Positions 1-12,691 of a DNA stretch of 64,000 nt are shown piece by piece. Source of the stretch: Eledone cirrhosa (lineage: Eukaryota). The stretch lies in NCBI GenBank assembly GCA_964016885.1, contig OZ024753.1, positions 30,008,001 to 30,072,000 of the forward strand, written 5' to 3'. The notes under the pieces are model-generated. The model saw nothing but the letters and a program-made list of their open reading frames with translations. It had not been told where the DNA came from and did not search any database. Made by a program: the position numbers and the translations under genes. The first letter of the stretch is position 1. Each line of letters begins with the position of its first letter.

Positions 1-640
1 ATATAGAAATGTAATATTATGTAATATGCTCTGTGGTTTATAAAGAGAAGTTTGGAGACAAACATAGGTAGGTAATAGTGATCTGTAGGAAAGATCTTCA
101 TAGAAACGATTCTTCGCAAACATAAGTGTAACATGGAAATGATGTTTCATGCCATCCATATGTATCGAAAGATTAGCAAAGAACCATTCAGGGCAGCATC
201 AGCTTGACAAAAAAAATTATCTATAAAGATGAGCAAGTATCTGGAAGTAGCAAATATTGAAATGCTATGGAAAATGATGTGAATGTATTACAGGGGGAAA
301 AAAAATTGAGTGAAGTAGATTAAAAAGAAAGAAAATTAATGTGAAAAAATGTTGCAACAGTTGAGCAGACATAAGGAATATTAAAAGTGAAGATAACGGT
401 TAGAGAAGTAAACATCTTTGTATATAAGAGATTAGATAGACTATCAAATAGCCAGTGAATAAGAAGACTTTTCTGAAGCCACAAAACCATTGAAATATTG
501 TTCTTAACTTCCAACTAACATTTGTAAGATGCTGAAAGCAATAATTAGTAATCTACAAACCTTAAAATCTTTCTCTTCTCTTAGCAACCATCAGTATGGT
601 TCTTAAAAGCTTGATCCACTGGTGATCTACTTTTCTGTGT
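1..640. mobile_element. Heavily degraded CR1/Jockey-group LINE remnants
   Basis: Plus strand 581-632 gives LSNHQYG and STGDLL-like RT motifs; the rest is only weakly recognisable. Confidence 0.3.
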
Positions 641-1059
641 GATATAGTAATTCAATTTTATTTTATTTTATGGCGTCTAGCTTTAGGAAACTACAGTGAA
701 ATGAAAGTTATTTGATATTAGCCACCATTCCTTTCACAAAGTGTAGCATATATACCTCTTAACCAGATTCCGTTGCTGTGGACTATGCCCAGAACTAATT
801 TTTTGTCATATTTCTCAGCTTATTTACAACTATATAGAATATTTTTTTAGGCTGCCATTCAGAAAGCCAAACAGGTCACTGACTGATCTATAGTTACAGG
901 CTAAGGCAGTAAAATCAAATTTCAACTTTATACCAAACTGCCTAAAACCACTGAGTGATTCTATGAGACAAAACCGTTTGTTTTTAAGTATTTATATCTA
1001 AATTTAAATCTTCCACCATAACTTTATGTAAGGAATTTTTGTTCTAAAAATCAGCTTAA

Positions 1060-1260
1060 CCCTCTAACATTTAAACCAGCCATATCTAGCCAGAATTCTT
1101 TCACCTCTTTCTGCTTAAACTGGCCATAACTCGCCACTCATACTGATGTTAAAGTATTATTCTCAAAATAAATAATATCAAAATCATAGATTTGATATTA
1201 TGTGAGATAAAGCCTTTACTGCGAAAATACAATAGTATATATAGAGTAAATGCTAAAGGG
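1060..1260. mobile_element. piggyBac-type MITE (~200 bp family A)
   Basis: TTAA|CCCTCTAACATTTA ... TAAATGCTAAAGGG|TTAA; apparently nested in an older TTAA element ending at ~1354. Confidence 0.85.
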
Positions 1261-2794
1261 TTAAAAATGAAAACACTGGTTATTTTACTAATTCCTTCAA
1301 AATTATTTGAAAATCATAGACAGTCTTTCATTAAAAATGTGGTAAGAAAAAGGGTTAATGCTACACAGAATTGTGTGTTTATTGTTCTAAATTCATTATC
1401 ATCAACTTCGTTTTTATCTTTCTCTGGTTTATAAATGAATATCAGTGAATTATACTGGAGTCAGTTCTAACAATTTTACTCCTTTCTACAAAACTGGCCT
1501 TGTGCCTAGTTGAAAGAAATCTTTAACTGCTAGCAGATATATAAAACTTCTCATCATAATCATTATCACAACTGTAATTATATTTCTTCAGCTATTTACG
1601 TATTTTAGAATACTTAAATTCCACATGGCCTCAAACTGAGGCAAACTTTAATACATTATTATATATCTTTATAGATATTTCTAACTGGGTAGTTTGATTT
1701 CTTTATTGACTTTTCTTTTTAAACACTATTTTATGCTTACAAATCAATATTTTTTATTGATCTGTTGACTTCATCATATTAGCCATCATTCAGCAGTGAC
1801 TGCCTTCTCCATCAAGACAGGACTTTTTTTTAGCAACTTTAAGCTATAATTTGCATTTAAAATTTTTGAAATACTTTCTTAACTTTTTGAATAAAAGATT
1901 TTCATGCATGACTGAAAGCCAACACTTTTTCTCTTTACTCGTATTTTAGAAATCTCTTATTTACCAATTTTGATAGGTTTTCGTCTGTTTTTAAGCCATT
2001 ACACATACTGGAAGTTTTAATGTATAAGTTAGTGGAAGTTACTTTACAGTTGTGTTTGGTTGGTTTGTTTGTGTGTTGGCTCTCTGTTAATTTTTGTATC
2101 TTTTACATTTCATGGGTGTTCGTGAAAATTGCTTAATAAAAGCATTAAAAATTGACAAATTTTCCTGTAAATGTAATTTGTAATTCTAATATGAGGATTC
2201 GTTTTTTAAATTGTATGTTAGATTTATTGAGAATTAGTTTGGTTCAGTATTAAAAGCAGCTACAGCTAGTGTAGAGATTATTTGAATCATAATAAAATAT
2301 ATTCTCGTGTTTGTTTGTTTGTGTGTGTGATGTTGCATTTTGTAATAAATATAGCCATTTACAATATGTTGCTTCTTACTCCACAGTAAGAAATGTTTGG
2401 ATACTGCTAACTAAATTTCAGAATTGTTGTAAATTGATCTGGCTTAATTTTGTGAATGAAATACCCTCAAACTATTCAATTTCATATATTTATAAACTGT
2501 TATGTAAGAAAAACAAGGGCAGTGGAACTGGGAGGCAGACAGGGAGGCTATGGCCTCAATAATTATATTTTTCTCCCCAAACCACACATCTATTTGTATA
2601 ATTGCGCTATAATTTATGTACATGTTATGTTTATCACATATTGACTACAACTAAATTGACCACAAATTGATCGACTGATATATATTCATATTGGTTTAGT
2701 GATTTACTGATCTTAACATTTCTATTATTTTTGTAGCATATATTCATAGTTAAACACTTGGCCTAATGTGTGTGTGTGTGTGTATTTATGTATC

Positions 2795-3100
2795 AGTAAC
2801 TCCTGATGGAGTCGTAGGGGTTCCATTGTGACAAATGGCATGTCTTGTGCACTTTCAACCTGGCAGAGCTCACCCCCTCTCCAAGCCTGAACACAACCAA
2901 TTTCTTCCAGAGATATAGCGAAAGAAATGACTCTAGTACTGGACTGGTACTTTTGTTTTGTTTTTTTTATCAACCTTGAAAGGATGAAAGCCAAAGTTGA
3001 CCTCAGCAGGATTTGAACTCAGAGAATACAGAGAACTAGAATGAATACTATAAAGCATTCTGTTTGATGTTCTAATGACTCTGCCAATTTGCCCTCCAGT
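2795..3100 (-). mobile_element. tRNA-derived SINE (tail type B)
   Basis: B-box-like GAGTTCAAATCC, central GTCAACTTTG..TTTCATCCTTTC..GGT.GATAAA domain; tail shared with 17093-17432. Confidence 0.8.
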
Positions 3101-4036
3101 ATGACCTAATACCAACTACTCTATCAGGCAAGAAATATTATCTATTTTCAGCTAGGTCCACTGGAATATATATATAGTAGGCCTTGCTGAACTACATACA
3201 ACATAATGACTGAAAACCAGCAACCATTATTGAATTTCATTTTCATGTTTGGAGAAGGTTGAATATAATTTCCCTGGTACTATCAGGAGATAAAATAGTT
3301 CTCTGCTCAATTCAGTCTGGAATAGGTTGGTTATAGTATGAGGTTGATATTCAAATAGATTTCCTCAGCAGCTACACTGTTTTAGTTTTCTGCTTCAAGT
3401 CTGTCTGTATCAGCTAGCTAGTATTCGAGACCGACTACAGTAAAATCATTTGAGAATAGCTAGATTTAGGCTTTTGTTTTCTATTACTTTGTACTTCCCA
3501 CTTCATTCATTGTCAATAGGATTTATAGTTAGAATATTTATGCATGTGGTCATTACATATGCTGGCAGCAACTGTGGAATTATAGGATGATCTTAGTGGA
3601 AGTCAGTGCCTACAGAACCAATAGCCATGGCTAATATAATGCTGTATCACATTGCGATTATGGATTCGATAATACTAAAATCCTTAGTTTCCCTCAGGTA
3701 TCTAAGCTCATGAGACATTGCTAAGAATTCTTTAATTGCAAATCAGCCTCAAGCCATAAAATGTTTTCTATAGTTAAATCAATAAGCATAACATTAAATT
3801 CTGTATTTTACACCATTTCATTACAATCTCCAGAGATTTTCAACATCTTTTTTCTTACTTCCTTCCCAAAGTTTTAGACCAACAATTAATGTTTAGAATA
3901 TCGAAATACCAAAGATCCTTAAAACTTAATGTATTTTGAAATTCTTTATGTTTTACATTGATGTTAACAAGTTTGTGTTGTTATCAATCTTATATACGCA
4001 CATATATATATATCCAACTGAATTGTTATATTTCAT

Positions 4037-4360
4037 CCCTAATGATTATCTAAATATCAACATCCTTGATTAAAAAAGAAAATCGTTAATCTTATTGTAA
4101 GATTTCCAGTATATAACTTTTTTTCTTTAGAAACTATAAATTCGAACCATTATTTTTATGAATGAATAAATAAATGAAAAAATTACTTATCTAAATATTA
4201 TAAACTGTAAATGTGTGTACATTAGAGAGAGAGAGTTGGTTGGTTGGATTGAATGTAAATTATGTATAGGTTCTGTGTTTGCTTGTCACAAGATATCTGT
4301 ATTCTACTTGTATCATTAGTATTTCTTTAGTTCCTTTTAGCATGGTAGAGGCCATACTGG
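4037..4360 (+). repeat. Local direct duplication, copy 1 (copy 2 at 6747-7059)
   Basis: Collinear similarity over ~320 bp. Confidence 0.85.
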
Positions 4361-4583
4361 AGCAGATGATCTCTGGTGTAATGAATAAAATAGTGTTTTC
4401 AAAGGACTGCCATCCCTTTCCAGGTTGGAACACTGCTGGTTTCTTCCAGTGAGAGATAAGAGCAAGGATGAAAGACAAAGTTAACCTTGGTGGTATTTTA
4501 ACTCAGAATGTAGAGTCAGAATAAATACTTAGTGAAAAAATATTCTGTCTGGCATCTGAAACATTTTGCCAATTCACCACCTT
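4325..4583 (-). mobile_element. tRNA-derived SINE (diverged, different tail)
   Basis: Same head and central domain (GGATGAAAGACAAAGTTAACCT); tail GGCCATACTGGAGCA. Confidence 0.6.
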
Positions 4584-5352
4584 TTAAAAGCTCTATAGTT
4601 AATATATAATTTATTATTTGTGCTTTGAAGAGATGCATGTCTTCCTTTGGCAATGAAGAACCCTCCATATTATGGCTATGCAAAGAGTGGGGATGATATA
4701 ATTTACATTGAAGGAATTTTAAGCCTATTGCTGGCTTAAATTTAACAGTAACTAGAAGGAATAAGTTACCATATGGAATGAGACTAAGGAAGATTTCAGT
4801 TTAAGTAGTCTATATAGTAGGCTTAGTAGCTTGGCTAAAAGTAAGAAGCTTGCAGTAGAGAATAATATTTTTTAAAAATCTTAATGGTATAGAGAGCTAT
4901 TAGACTGAATAATCAGATTTCTGCCATTCTGCCAGTATGGAAAAAAAAAAACCATCATTGATGATTGATATAAAATGCTTCAGGGACAGGCACATACATT
5001 TAGCTATATGAATATTAGTTATGAAAATAAAAAATATTCTCATATAAAACAGTATTTTAAACATTTTTTTTTTCTCTAATAAAAAATAAAAAAAGGTAGA
5101 GACAAATATTTTGTAGTTTTCAGTCTGTAGATATTTGGCTTTGGAGATAAGTTGAATGTTTAGTTATGTCAATAATGGTTTGTAGCTGAATGCCACTGGC
5201 CTAATTTGTTAGTAACAGACCTGCAGCTGAATTTCATATGGTAGATGAGGAGAGTTTTTATTAAAAGCCTGCCTGCTGTTAAAGCAATGATAGATAGAGC
5301 ATTGGTTATTTGTCTATTTAGCTTTCATTCTTATATATGTGTGCATGTGTAC

Positions 5353-5390
<38 letters not shown>

Positions 5391-5392
<2 letters not shown>

Positions 5393-5604
5393 TGTTGAAG
5401 TTTCCGTGGAAAAAGTAAAAGGAATGAAGAGTGCTCTATGTAAGTAACAGAGTTAAATATTTAATGTATAATAAACAACACAGTATAATTACCGCATTAC
5501 CCGAGGTTTCCTGAACAGGACGAACACAAGAGACGTCCGCATTCGTTCGCCAGATAAGGCAATATATTGCCTTATCAGGAAACCTCGGGTAATGAGGTTA
5601 TTAT
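5391..5604 (-). mobile_element. PLE pseudo-LTR-like insert with hammerhead-like motif and short inverted copy
   Basis: Adjacent to (TA)n; hammerhead-like fold at 5488-5563; inverted, internally deleted copy at 5566-5604. Confidence 0.65.
5488..5563 (-). ncRNA. Type I hammerhead ribozyme-like motif (one core substitution)
   Basis: Stem I AUUGCCUUAU/AUGCGGUAAU, core CUGGCGA, stem II GGACG/CGUCC, then GAAAC-CUCGG-GUA. Confidence 0.55.
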
Positions 5605-5636
5605 ACATTAAATATATACACACATACACACACACA

Positions 5637-5714
5637 CAGGGTGTCCCCCAAAAATGTATATACACTTTGATTAGAATGCTGTTGAAGTGTGTATACATTT
5701 TTGGGTACACCCTG
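5637..5714. mobile_element. Tiny Tc1/mariner-type MITE (hairpin)
   Basis: TIR CAGGGTGTCCCCCAAAAATGTATATACACTT / AAGTGTGTATACATTTTTGGGTACACCCTG. Confidence 0.7.
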
Positions 5715-5756
5715 TGTGTTTGTGTATGTATATATATATATATATATTTTAATTAA

Positions 5757-5985
5757 TTAATGTCTATCTTCCACGCTAGCACGAGTTAGACAGGTTTGTC
5801 CCATTTAGATGCAAGTAGGGTTGGGTGACCGTGTCTCGCTCATATAGGGTGTTTCTGGCTGGCTTTCTACAGCTGGATGCCCTTCATAACGCCAACCACA
5901 TTTACAGTGTGTGCTGGGTGCTTTTTGCCATGTCTTTTACACGTACACTTTACAGTGTGGACTGGGTGCTTTTTGCCGTGTCGTA
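5757..5985 (-). mobile_element. Diverged element carrying the RTE-type 3' tail
   Basis: GTCTATCTTCCACGCTAGC...CTACAGCTGGATGCCCTTC...CCAACCAC, similar to the RTE 3' UTR. Confidence 0.7.
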
Positions 5986-6015
5986 TATATATATATATAA
6001 ACGACATATATATAC

Positions 6016-6658
6016 CATCATCGTTTAACGTCCATCTCCCACGCTAGCATGGGTCTGGACGGGAATTGTCCCACTTGAGGCAAGATTGGTTGTCTTGCTC
6101 AGGACTGTCTAGCAGGTTTTCTACGGCTGGATGCCCTTCCTAACACCAACCACGTGTGGACTGGGAGTTTTTACTGTGTTACCTACATGGCCACATTACA
6201 GCGTGGACTGTGTGTTTTTTTTTGTCGTGACACCTACACGACCTCATTTATTTAGGACCGGATGTTGTGGTACCAACATAGCTTTACATCGAAAGGGGTG
6301 GTGTAAGTGGGGGTAGGGGTAGTGGGACTGTGGTGTATTTTGGTTAAGAGGTGCCTACTGACTGTAGGTTTCGCTTTGTACTCAGGCAAGGCGGGTCTTC
6401 TGTATTACTACGTAGCGCCAAAGATCTCGGTCCAGTGACATTGTCTTGGAGAGGTGTAAGTGTGTGAGGTCGGATTTTATCAAGTCGTCCCAGGTTTTTC
6501 TGGGTCTGCCTACTCCGTAGCTACCGTCTATTTTGATCGCCCTGCACTTTTTTATACAGCTGTCTTTCATGCACATCACGTGACCATACCAACGTAGTCT
6601 TCTCTCGAGTAAACAGCATCTGATCCCTCTTATTCCTAATTTCTCACTTAGTTCATTT
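6016..6658 (-). mobile_element. 5'-truncated copy of the RTE LINE
   Basis: Matches 8221-8880 (3' UTR plus LRWYGHV/GRPRKTW C-terminus); (TA)n on both sides. Confidence 0.95.
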
Positions 6659-6746
6659 ATATATATATATATATATATACATACACACATACACATATAA
6701 GTGTTTCGATTTCTGAAAGTTTATTTGCTGAGTCTATTCCGTCTAC

Positions 6747-7059
6747 CCCTTAAATCATTATCTAAATATCAATGTCCTTGATTTATTTTTAATTCGTTAA
6801 TCTTATTGTAAGATTTGCTAAATATAACCTTTTTTCCTCAGAAACTATAAATTCTAACCATTATTTTTATGAATAGATAAATAAATAACTTAGCTAAATA
6901 TTATAAACTGTAAATGAGAGAGAGAGTTGATTGGATTGAATGTAAATTATGTATAGGTTCTCTGTGTATTTGTGTGTTACAAGACATCTGTATTCTACTT
7001 ATATATCAGTAATAGTTCTTTAGTTCCTTTTAGCTATCATGTTCGAGGCCATGATGGAA
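6747..7059 (+). repeat. Local direct duplication, copy 2
   Basis: Matches 4037-4360. Confidence 0.85.
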
Positions 7060-7298
7060 CACCATTTATTAACGTGTTCTAATTATTTATGTGTTTGTGT
7101 AGGAGTTTACTCTGTTGCCCACCTATCCTATCTATGTAGGTGTTCTGATAAATAATTTGCTTTCCTTGGGTTGTGCTTATCTATATCTCTCTAATATATG
7201 AATGTGCACACATATATTATGTCACTCTTTATCTTATTTATTGATGTATGTGTATAAATACGTGTGTATACACAGACACACACACATATAAATTTATT

Positions 7299-7374
<76 letters not shown>

Positions 7375-7598
7375 AATAGCGGAGCAAGCGGTTATCAAAC
7401 AATTCTCTAAGTAAATTAAAAAACGATTTAAATAATCACCTGTTCTATTGCTGATTGAACCACAAATATTATAAACACCTTGCATATTTCTACAAGTACA
7501 TAGTACCTGTTGAGGTGTTCATACACTTTTATATATATATAGCTTCTCGCTAAAATATATATATATAGCTTCTCGCTAAAACAATTTCTATACCTTTC

Positions 7599-7671
<73 letters not shown>

Positions 7672-7676
<5 letters not shown>

Positions 7677-8150
7677 AGGATGAATATAAAATGAAAGTGC
7701 TTTTTTTAAAAAAGGAATTTATTAGGTATTAACATATGTTTCTGTAACAGACGGAATACCTATGTATCGCTGCTTGCGTAATCATATAATGTTAGCAAGT
7801 ATTCGATAGCAAATGTATAATCAGTTGTCACTTCTTCAGAGATTTTGGATAAATAGAATTTATCCAAAATCTCTGAAGAAGTGACAACTGATTATACATT
7901 TGCTATCGAATACTTGCTAACATTATATGATTACGCAAGCAGCGATACATAGGTATTCCGTCTGTTACAGAAACATATGTTAATACCTAATAAATTCCTT
8001 TTTTAAAAAAAGCACTTTCATTTTATATTCATCCTTTCTACATTTTCTCCGGAATATAATTTATACTCGTTGAGCACAAACCTGCACGTACGCTGTTCAT
8101 CTCTAACGTAACGATATATTATCACTACATTATTGATAACCTGAAATTTT
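7672..8150 (+). repeat. 183-bp-arm palindrome plus 110-bp unique tail between (TA)n tracts (PLE pLTR-like)
   Basis: 7672-7854 is the reverse complement of 7858-8040 (loop AGA); CTGAAGA at 7873 and GAAACATATGTT at 7970. Confidence 0.9.
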
Positions 8151-8220
8151 GTATATATATATATATATATATATAAAATGATAAGGAATTGACAGACCCA
8201 GCATATTTATCAATGCCAAT

Positions 8221-11200
8221 ATCATCATCATCATCATCATCATTTAACGTCCATCTTCCACGCTTGCATGGGTTTAGACGGGGGTTTTCCCACTTGAGGC
8301 AAGAGTGGTTGTCTTGCTCGCATAGGACTGTCTGGCGGGTTTTCTACGGCTGGATGCCCTTCCTAACACCAACCACATTTACAGTGTGGAACTGGGAGGT
8401 TTTTACCGTGTTGCCTCTACACGGCCACATTACAGCGTGGACTGTGTGTTTTTTTGTCATGACACCTACACGACCTCATTTGTTTCGGGCTGGATGTTGT
8501 GACACCAACATAACTTTACATTGAAGGGGTGGGGGTAGTGGGACGGGGTGTATTTTGTTAGAGGTGCCTACTGACTGTAGTAGGTTTCACTTTGTACTTA
8601 GGTAAGGCGGGTCTTCTCTATTACTGTGAAGCGCCAAAGCTCTCGGTCCAGTGACATTGCCTTGGAGAGGTGTAAGTGTGTGAGGTCAGAATTTATCAAG
8701 TCGTCCCAGGTTTTTCTGGGTCTGCCTACTCCGTGACTACCGTCTATTTTTATTGCCCTGCACTTTTTTATACAGCTGTCGTCTTTCATGCGTATCACGT
8801 GACCATACCAACGTAGTCTTCTCTCGAGTAAACAACATCTGATAGCCTCTTATTTCTAATTTCTCCCTTAGTACGTTTATGCTTTGCCGTTCACGTATAT
8901 TACTATTACACATCCAGCGGAGCATGCAAGCTTCGTTCCTCTCTAGTCTGCGTATATCCTCTGCACACAATGCCCAGGTCTCACTGCCATGCAACATTGC
9001 TGTTCGTATGCAGGCATTATACAACCTGCTTTTCATTTTTAGGGAGAACCCTTTAGCGGCTAATAGTGGTATAAGCTCTCTGAACTTTTTCCATCCAGTT
9101 CTGACTCTAGCTACTGTACTTTCAGAGCACCCTCCCCCACTGCTGATTTTATCACCCAGGTAACGGAAGCTGTCCACTATTTCTATAGAACCATCTGTGC
9201 AATGGAACGAGTTAGTATTCTATGGGCACTTGCTGCTACTTATTGCACCAGAGCACCGGCCACATATAAAATCTATATTCTTAGATAGTTTACCTGTGAT
9301 CCCACTACATCTTTTATGTACCCATACTTTGCATTTGGGACATAAAATGGAGTTTCTACCTACGCCTTTCCTACGCACTGAGCATGGCCATTTCCCAGAT
9401 GGGACCGGTGCCCTATTTTCCTTCCTATAAACTAGAACTTTAGTCTTAGACAAGTTAACTTTAAGGCCTTTTGATTCTAGGCCATGCTTCCATGTTTGGA
9501 ATTTCTTCTCTAGTTCAGCCATTGATTCAACTATGAGCGTTAAATCATCTGCATATAGGAGTTCCCATGGGCAGCCGGTCTTGAACTCCTCTGTTATAGC
9601 CTGAAGTGCAATAATAAATAGTAGGGGGCTAAGGACGGAGCCCTGATGAACACCAACTTTTACGCTAAACTCTTCACTATATTCGTTGTTAATTCTAACC
9701 TTGCTGGCTGTTTCTTTATACATGGCTTGTATAGCTCTCACAAGCCATTCATCAACACCTAGTTTTCTAAGGGCCCACCAGATAATCGAGCGGGGTACTC
9801 TGTCAAAGGCTTTCTCCAAGTCAACAAAAGCTAAGTATAGGGGTTTACTTTTAGCTAGGTACTTCTCCTGTAGTTGTCGTACAATGAAAAGAGCGTCTGT
9901 TGTACTTTTACCTGACACAAACCCGAACTGCATTTCGTCTAGATCAATTCTCTCTCTGATTAGTTGCGCTATTACTTTTTCTGTGACCTTCATGACCTGG
10001 TCAATTAATTTAATGCCTCTATAGTTTCCCCTATCTAGGGCATCACCTTTACCCTTGTAGCAGTTAATGATGATACTGCTGCGCCAGTCCTTCGGAACGA
10101 CCCCATTCTGTATGACTTGGTTTACTATCCGGGTGACCATAGTGTGTCCCACCGTTCCAGATGCTTTCAGCATTTCGGCAACTATTTCCGAAGGCCTGAC
10201 CGCCTTGCCCGTCTTCATGTCTTTGATCGCCTTACTTATTATACTACCTTCAACTTGCACTGCTGGTCCCTCTATTGGGTCGATGTGGAGGAGACTGTCT
10301 TTCTCCCAATTATTCTCCTCATTTAGTAGCCTTTCATAGTGACACTTCCAAGCTACCTTCTTATCAGCGTCACTGATGGCAAGTACACCATCATTTAGGA
10401 CACACTTCTCCCCGACAATATCACTGTTTTCCTTGACACATTGCCTAGCAATCCTGAACACCTCACGTTTTTGGTCCTCGCGTTGTAGAACATGCTTGAA
10501 CTTTCTTTCCTCTGCTTCCCTTCTTGCGAAGTACACTTGTCTCCTAGCTTCCCTCCTGGCCACTTGATAGTCTTCTCTACTTCCCCCATCCCGCCATGCT
10601 TTCCAAGCCTGCTTTTTGGCCTTGATTGACCTCTCCACCTTACTGTTCCACCACCAAGTTACTCTCCTCCTGCCTATAGGCCTGCTCCAGCCACAGGTTT
10701 CATCTGTCGCCTTCAGCAGGTTAGCTTTCAGGAATTCCCACTGTTCCTCTATATTGTACGACTCTAATTGCTCTTCCTTACTATCAAAAGCATCAAGTAA
10801 TATGCTTTTAAATTTATGACTGGCTGTGGGGTCCTTTAATTTCCATATTTTTCTCCTGAGGATAGTCCTCTTCTGTTGTCGAATACGTCTCGTCCTGACT
10901 ATGAGGTCGCTGATTATGAGTATGTTGAGACGTGCATTCTTCATGGGGAAGGGATTTAGTGTTTACAACAGACACTCTGTCACGGCTCCTGGTAAGGATA
11001 TAATCTACCTGGCTTGTGTGTTCCCTCGATCTATAGGTGATCAGGTGATTGTCTCGTTTTTTGAAGTTAGTGTTGCAGATAGTTAGGTTATTTGCATCAC
11101 AGAATTCCAGGATTCTGGAGCCTTCCTCATTTCTAGTATCAAACCCATAGCCTCCATGGATTCCGTCATAGCCGTCACAATGTTGTCCAACGTGACCATT

Positions 11201-11710
11201 TAGGTCGCCTGCAATAATTATATAGTCACTGTCGGTTATTTGGGAGGTAGTGAGCATCAGTGTCTCATAGAATATGTCTTTTATAGTCCGGGCAGTCCGG
11301 ATTGGGGTGCGTACGCAGATATTACTGTCACCATAGTTCTATTGAGGACAAGTCTTATTTTAATTATTCTGTCGTTCACTCTATTTATGTCTATTATCTT
11401 ATCTGCCCACTTTTCTGCTACCATGAATCCTACTCCACCCAGCCCATTGTCATTTCCCACCCAGAAAAGCTTATAGCATCGTTCTTTACCCACGATGAAT
11501 CTAGCAGACCCACCCCTCCACCTGGTCTCTTGGATACAGCAAGCATCGACCTCCTTACGTTCAAGCATTTCTACAACCTCGTTAGAGCGACCCTTTAAGG
11601 TGCCTACATTCATGGTACCAACTCTGAAGTTTTGGATTGCGTTTGGAGGGCGGGGGGTTATGTTAGCCATCCGCGGCCGAAACAAAGAGGAGGAGTGCTT
11701 GCATTCTCGT
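8221..11710 (-). mobile_element. Near-full-length RTE-clade non-LTR retrotransposon (single ORF APE-RT, ~375 nt 3' UTR, (GAT)n tail)
   Basis: Consecutive minus-strand ORFs give an APE endonuclease (GTMNVGTL, CIQETRW, ISAYAPQ, IAGDLNGHVG, QVDYIL), an RT (NYRGIKL, QFGF, FVDLEKAFDRV, GVHQGSVLSPLLF, LYADD, FRYLG) and the RTE C-terminus (LRWYGHV, GRPRKTW, DRELWR). (ATC)n tail at 8221-8242; 5' end abuts (TA)n at 11711. Confidence 0.97.
8598..11670 (-). pseudogene. Disabled RTE endonuclease/reverse transcriptase ORF
   Basis: Putative ATG at 11670 (MANITPRPP...) and stop at 8598. Broken by frameshifts near 11285, 10925 and 8845 and an in-frame stop at 9220. Confidence 0.9.
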
Positions 11711-12269
11711 ATATATATATATATATGTCTGATGAGGACGTACTGAAAAAAACAGCACAGTACCTTTGAAATATATATAATAAAGTATATATTTTGATTA
11801 TGCGAATATTTTTCATTTGTTAACATTTTGAATAATATATATATATATTTGTAGTAAGGTTGCTTGGATGCGTCCATAGGCGGCATATATATATATTATA
11901 TTATATATATATATATATCTAATACTCCTCTCTCTTCTACCTACCCCAATTGTACGGAGTATTAGGTACCTTCTCTAGTCTATCATGGCTTACTAACTCT
12001 ATATGGACTTTTGAATTGATTAAATAAATAAATAGTAAGCCTCTTCTCTTTTCAATGTATGTCTATATGCCTGTGCTGTGTGAATCTACATACAACATTC
12101 TCCTACTTCTCATCTGCAAATTCTTCAGCAGTGTAGAAATAGGGAAGAGAAGAGAGATGGTTATCAGTGAGTGGACAGTCAAGCAGAGCAGCAATCTCAG
12201 CCAGCACATCATTAGTTTCAACTGAAGAACTTTCACCCAATTTCCACTTCTCACCCACCCACCCCCTAA

Positions 12270-12691
12270 CCCTTTAGCATTTACATTACTCTATATTTAC
12301 TATTGTATTTTCATGGTAATGGCTTTATCTCATGTAATATCGAGAATCTATGGGATTTTGATATTATTTATTTTGAGAACAATATCTCAACATAAATATG
12401 AGTGGCGTGTCACAGCCAGTTTGAACAGAAAGAGGTGAGATAATTATGGCCAGATACACCCTGTTTAAATGCTAATGGGTTAACACTTTAGCATTTACAT
12501 TACTCTATATTTACTATTATATTTTCATGGTAAAAGCTTTATCTCACATAATATCAAATTTATGAGATTTTGATATTATTCATTTTGAGAACAATACCTT
12601 AACTTAAAGATGAGTGGCTGGTCACAGCCGGTTTAAACAGAAAGAGGTGAGAGAATTCCAAGCGGATACAGCTGGTTTAAATGCTAAAGGG
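12270..12691. mobile_element. Tandem dimer of piggyBac-type MITE family A
   Basis: Copies at 12270-12479 and 12484-12691 share one TTAA at 12480-12483. Confidence 0.88.

Noticed and set aside
8879-11746. Plus-strand ORFs over the LINE
   Set aside because: Antisense shadows of the RTE coding frame.
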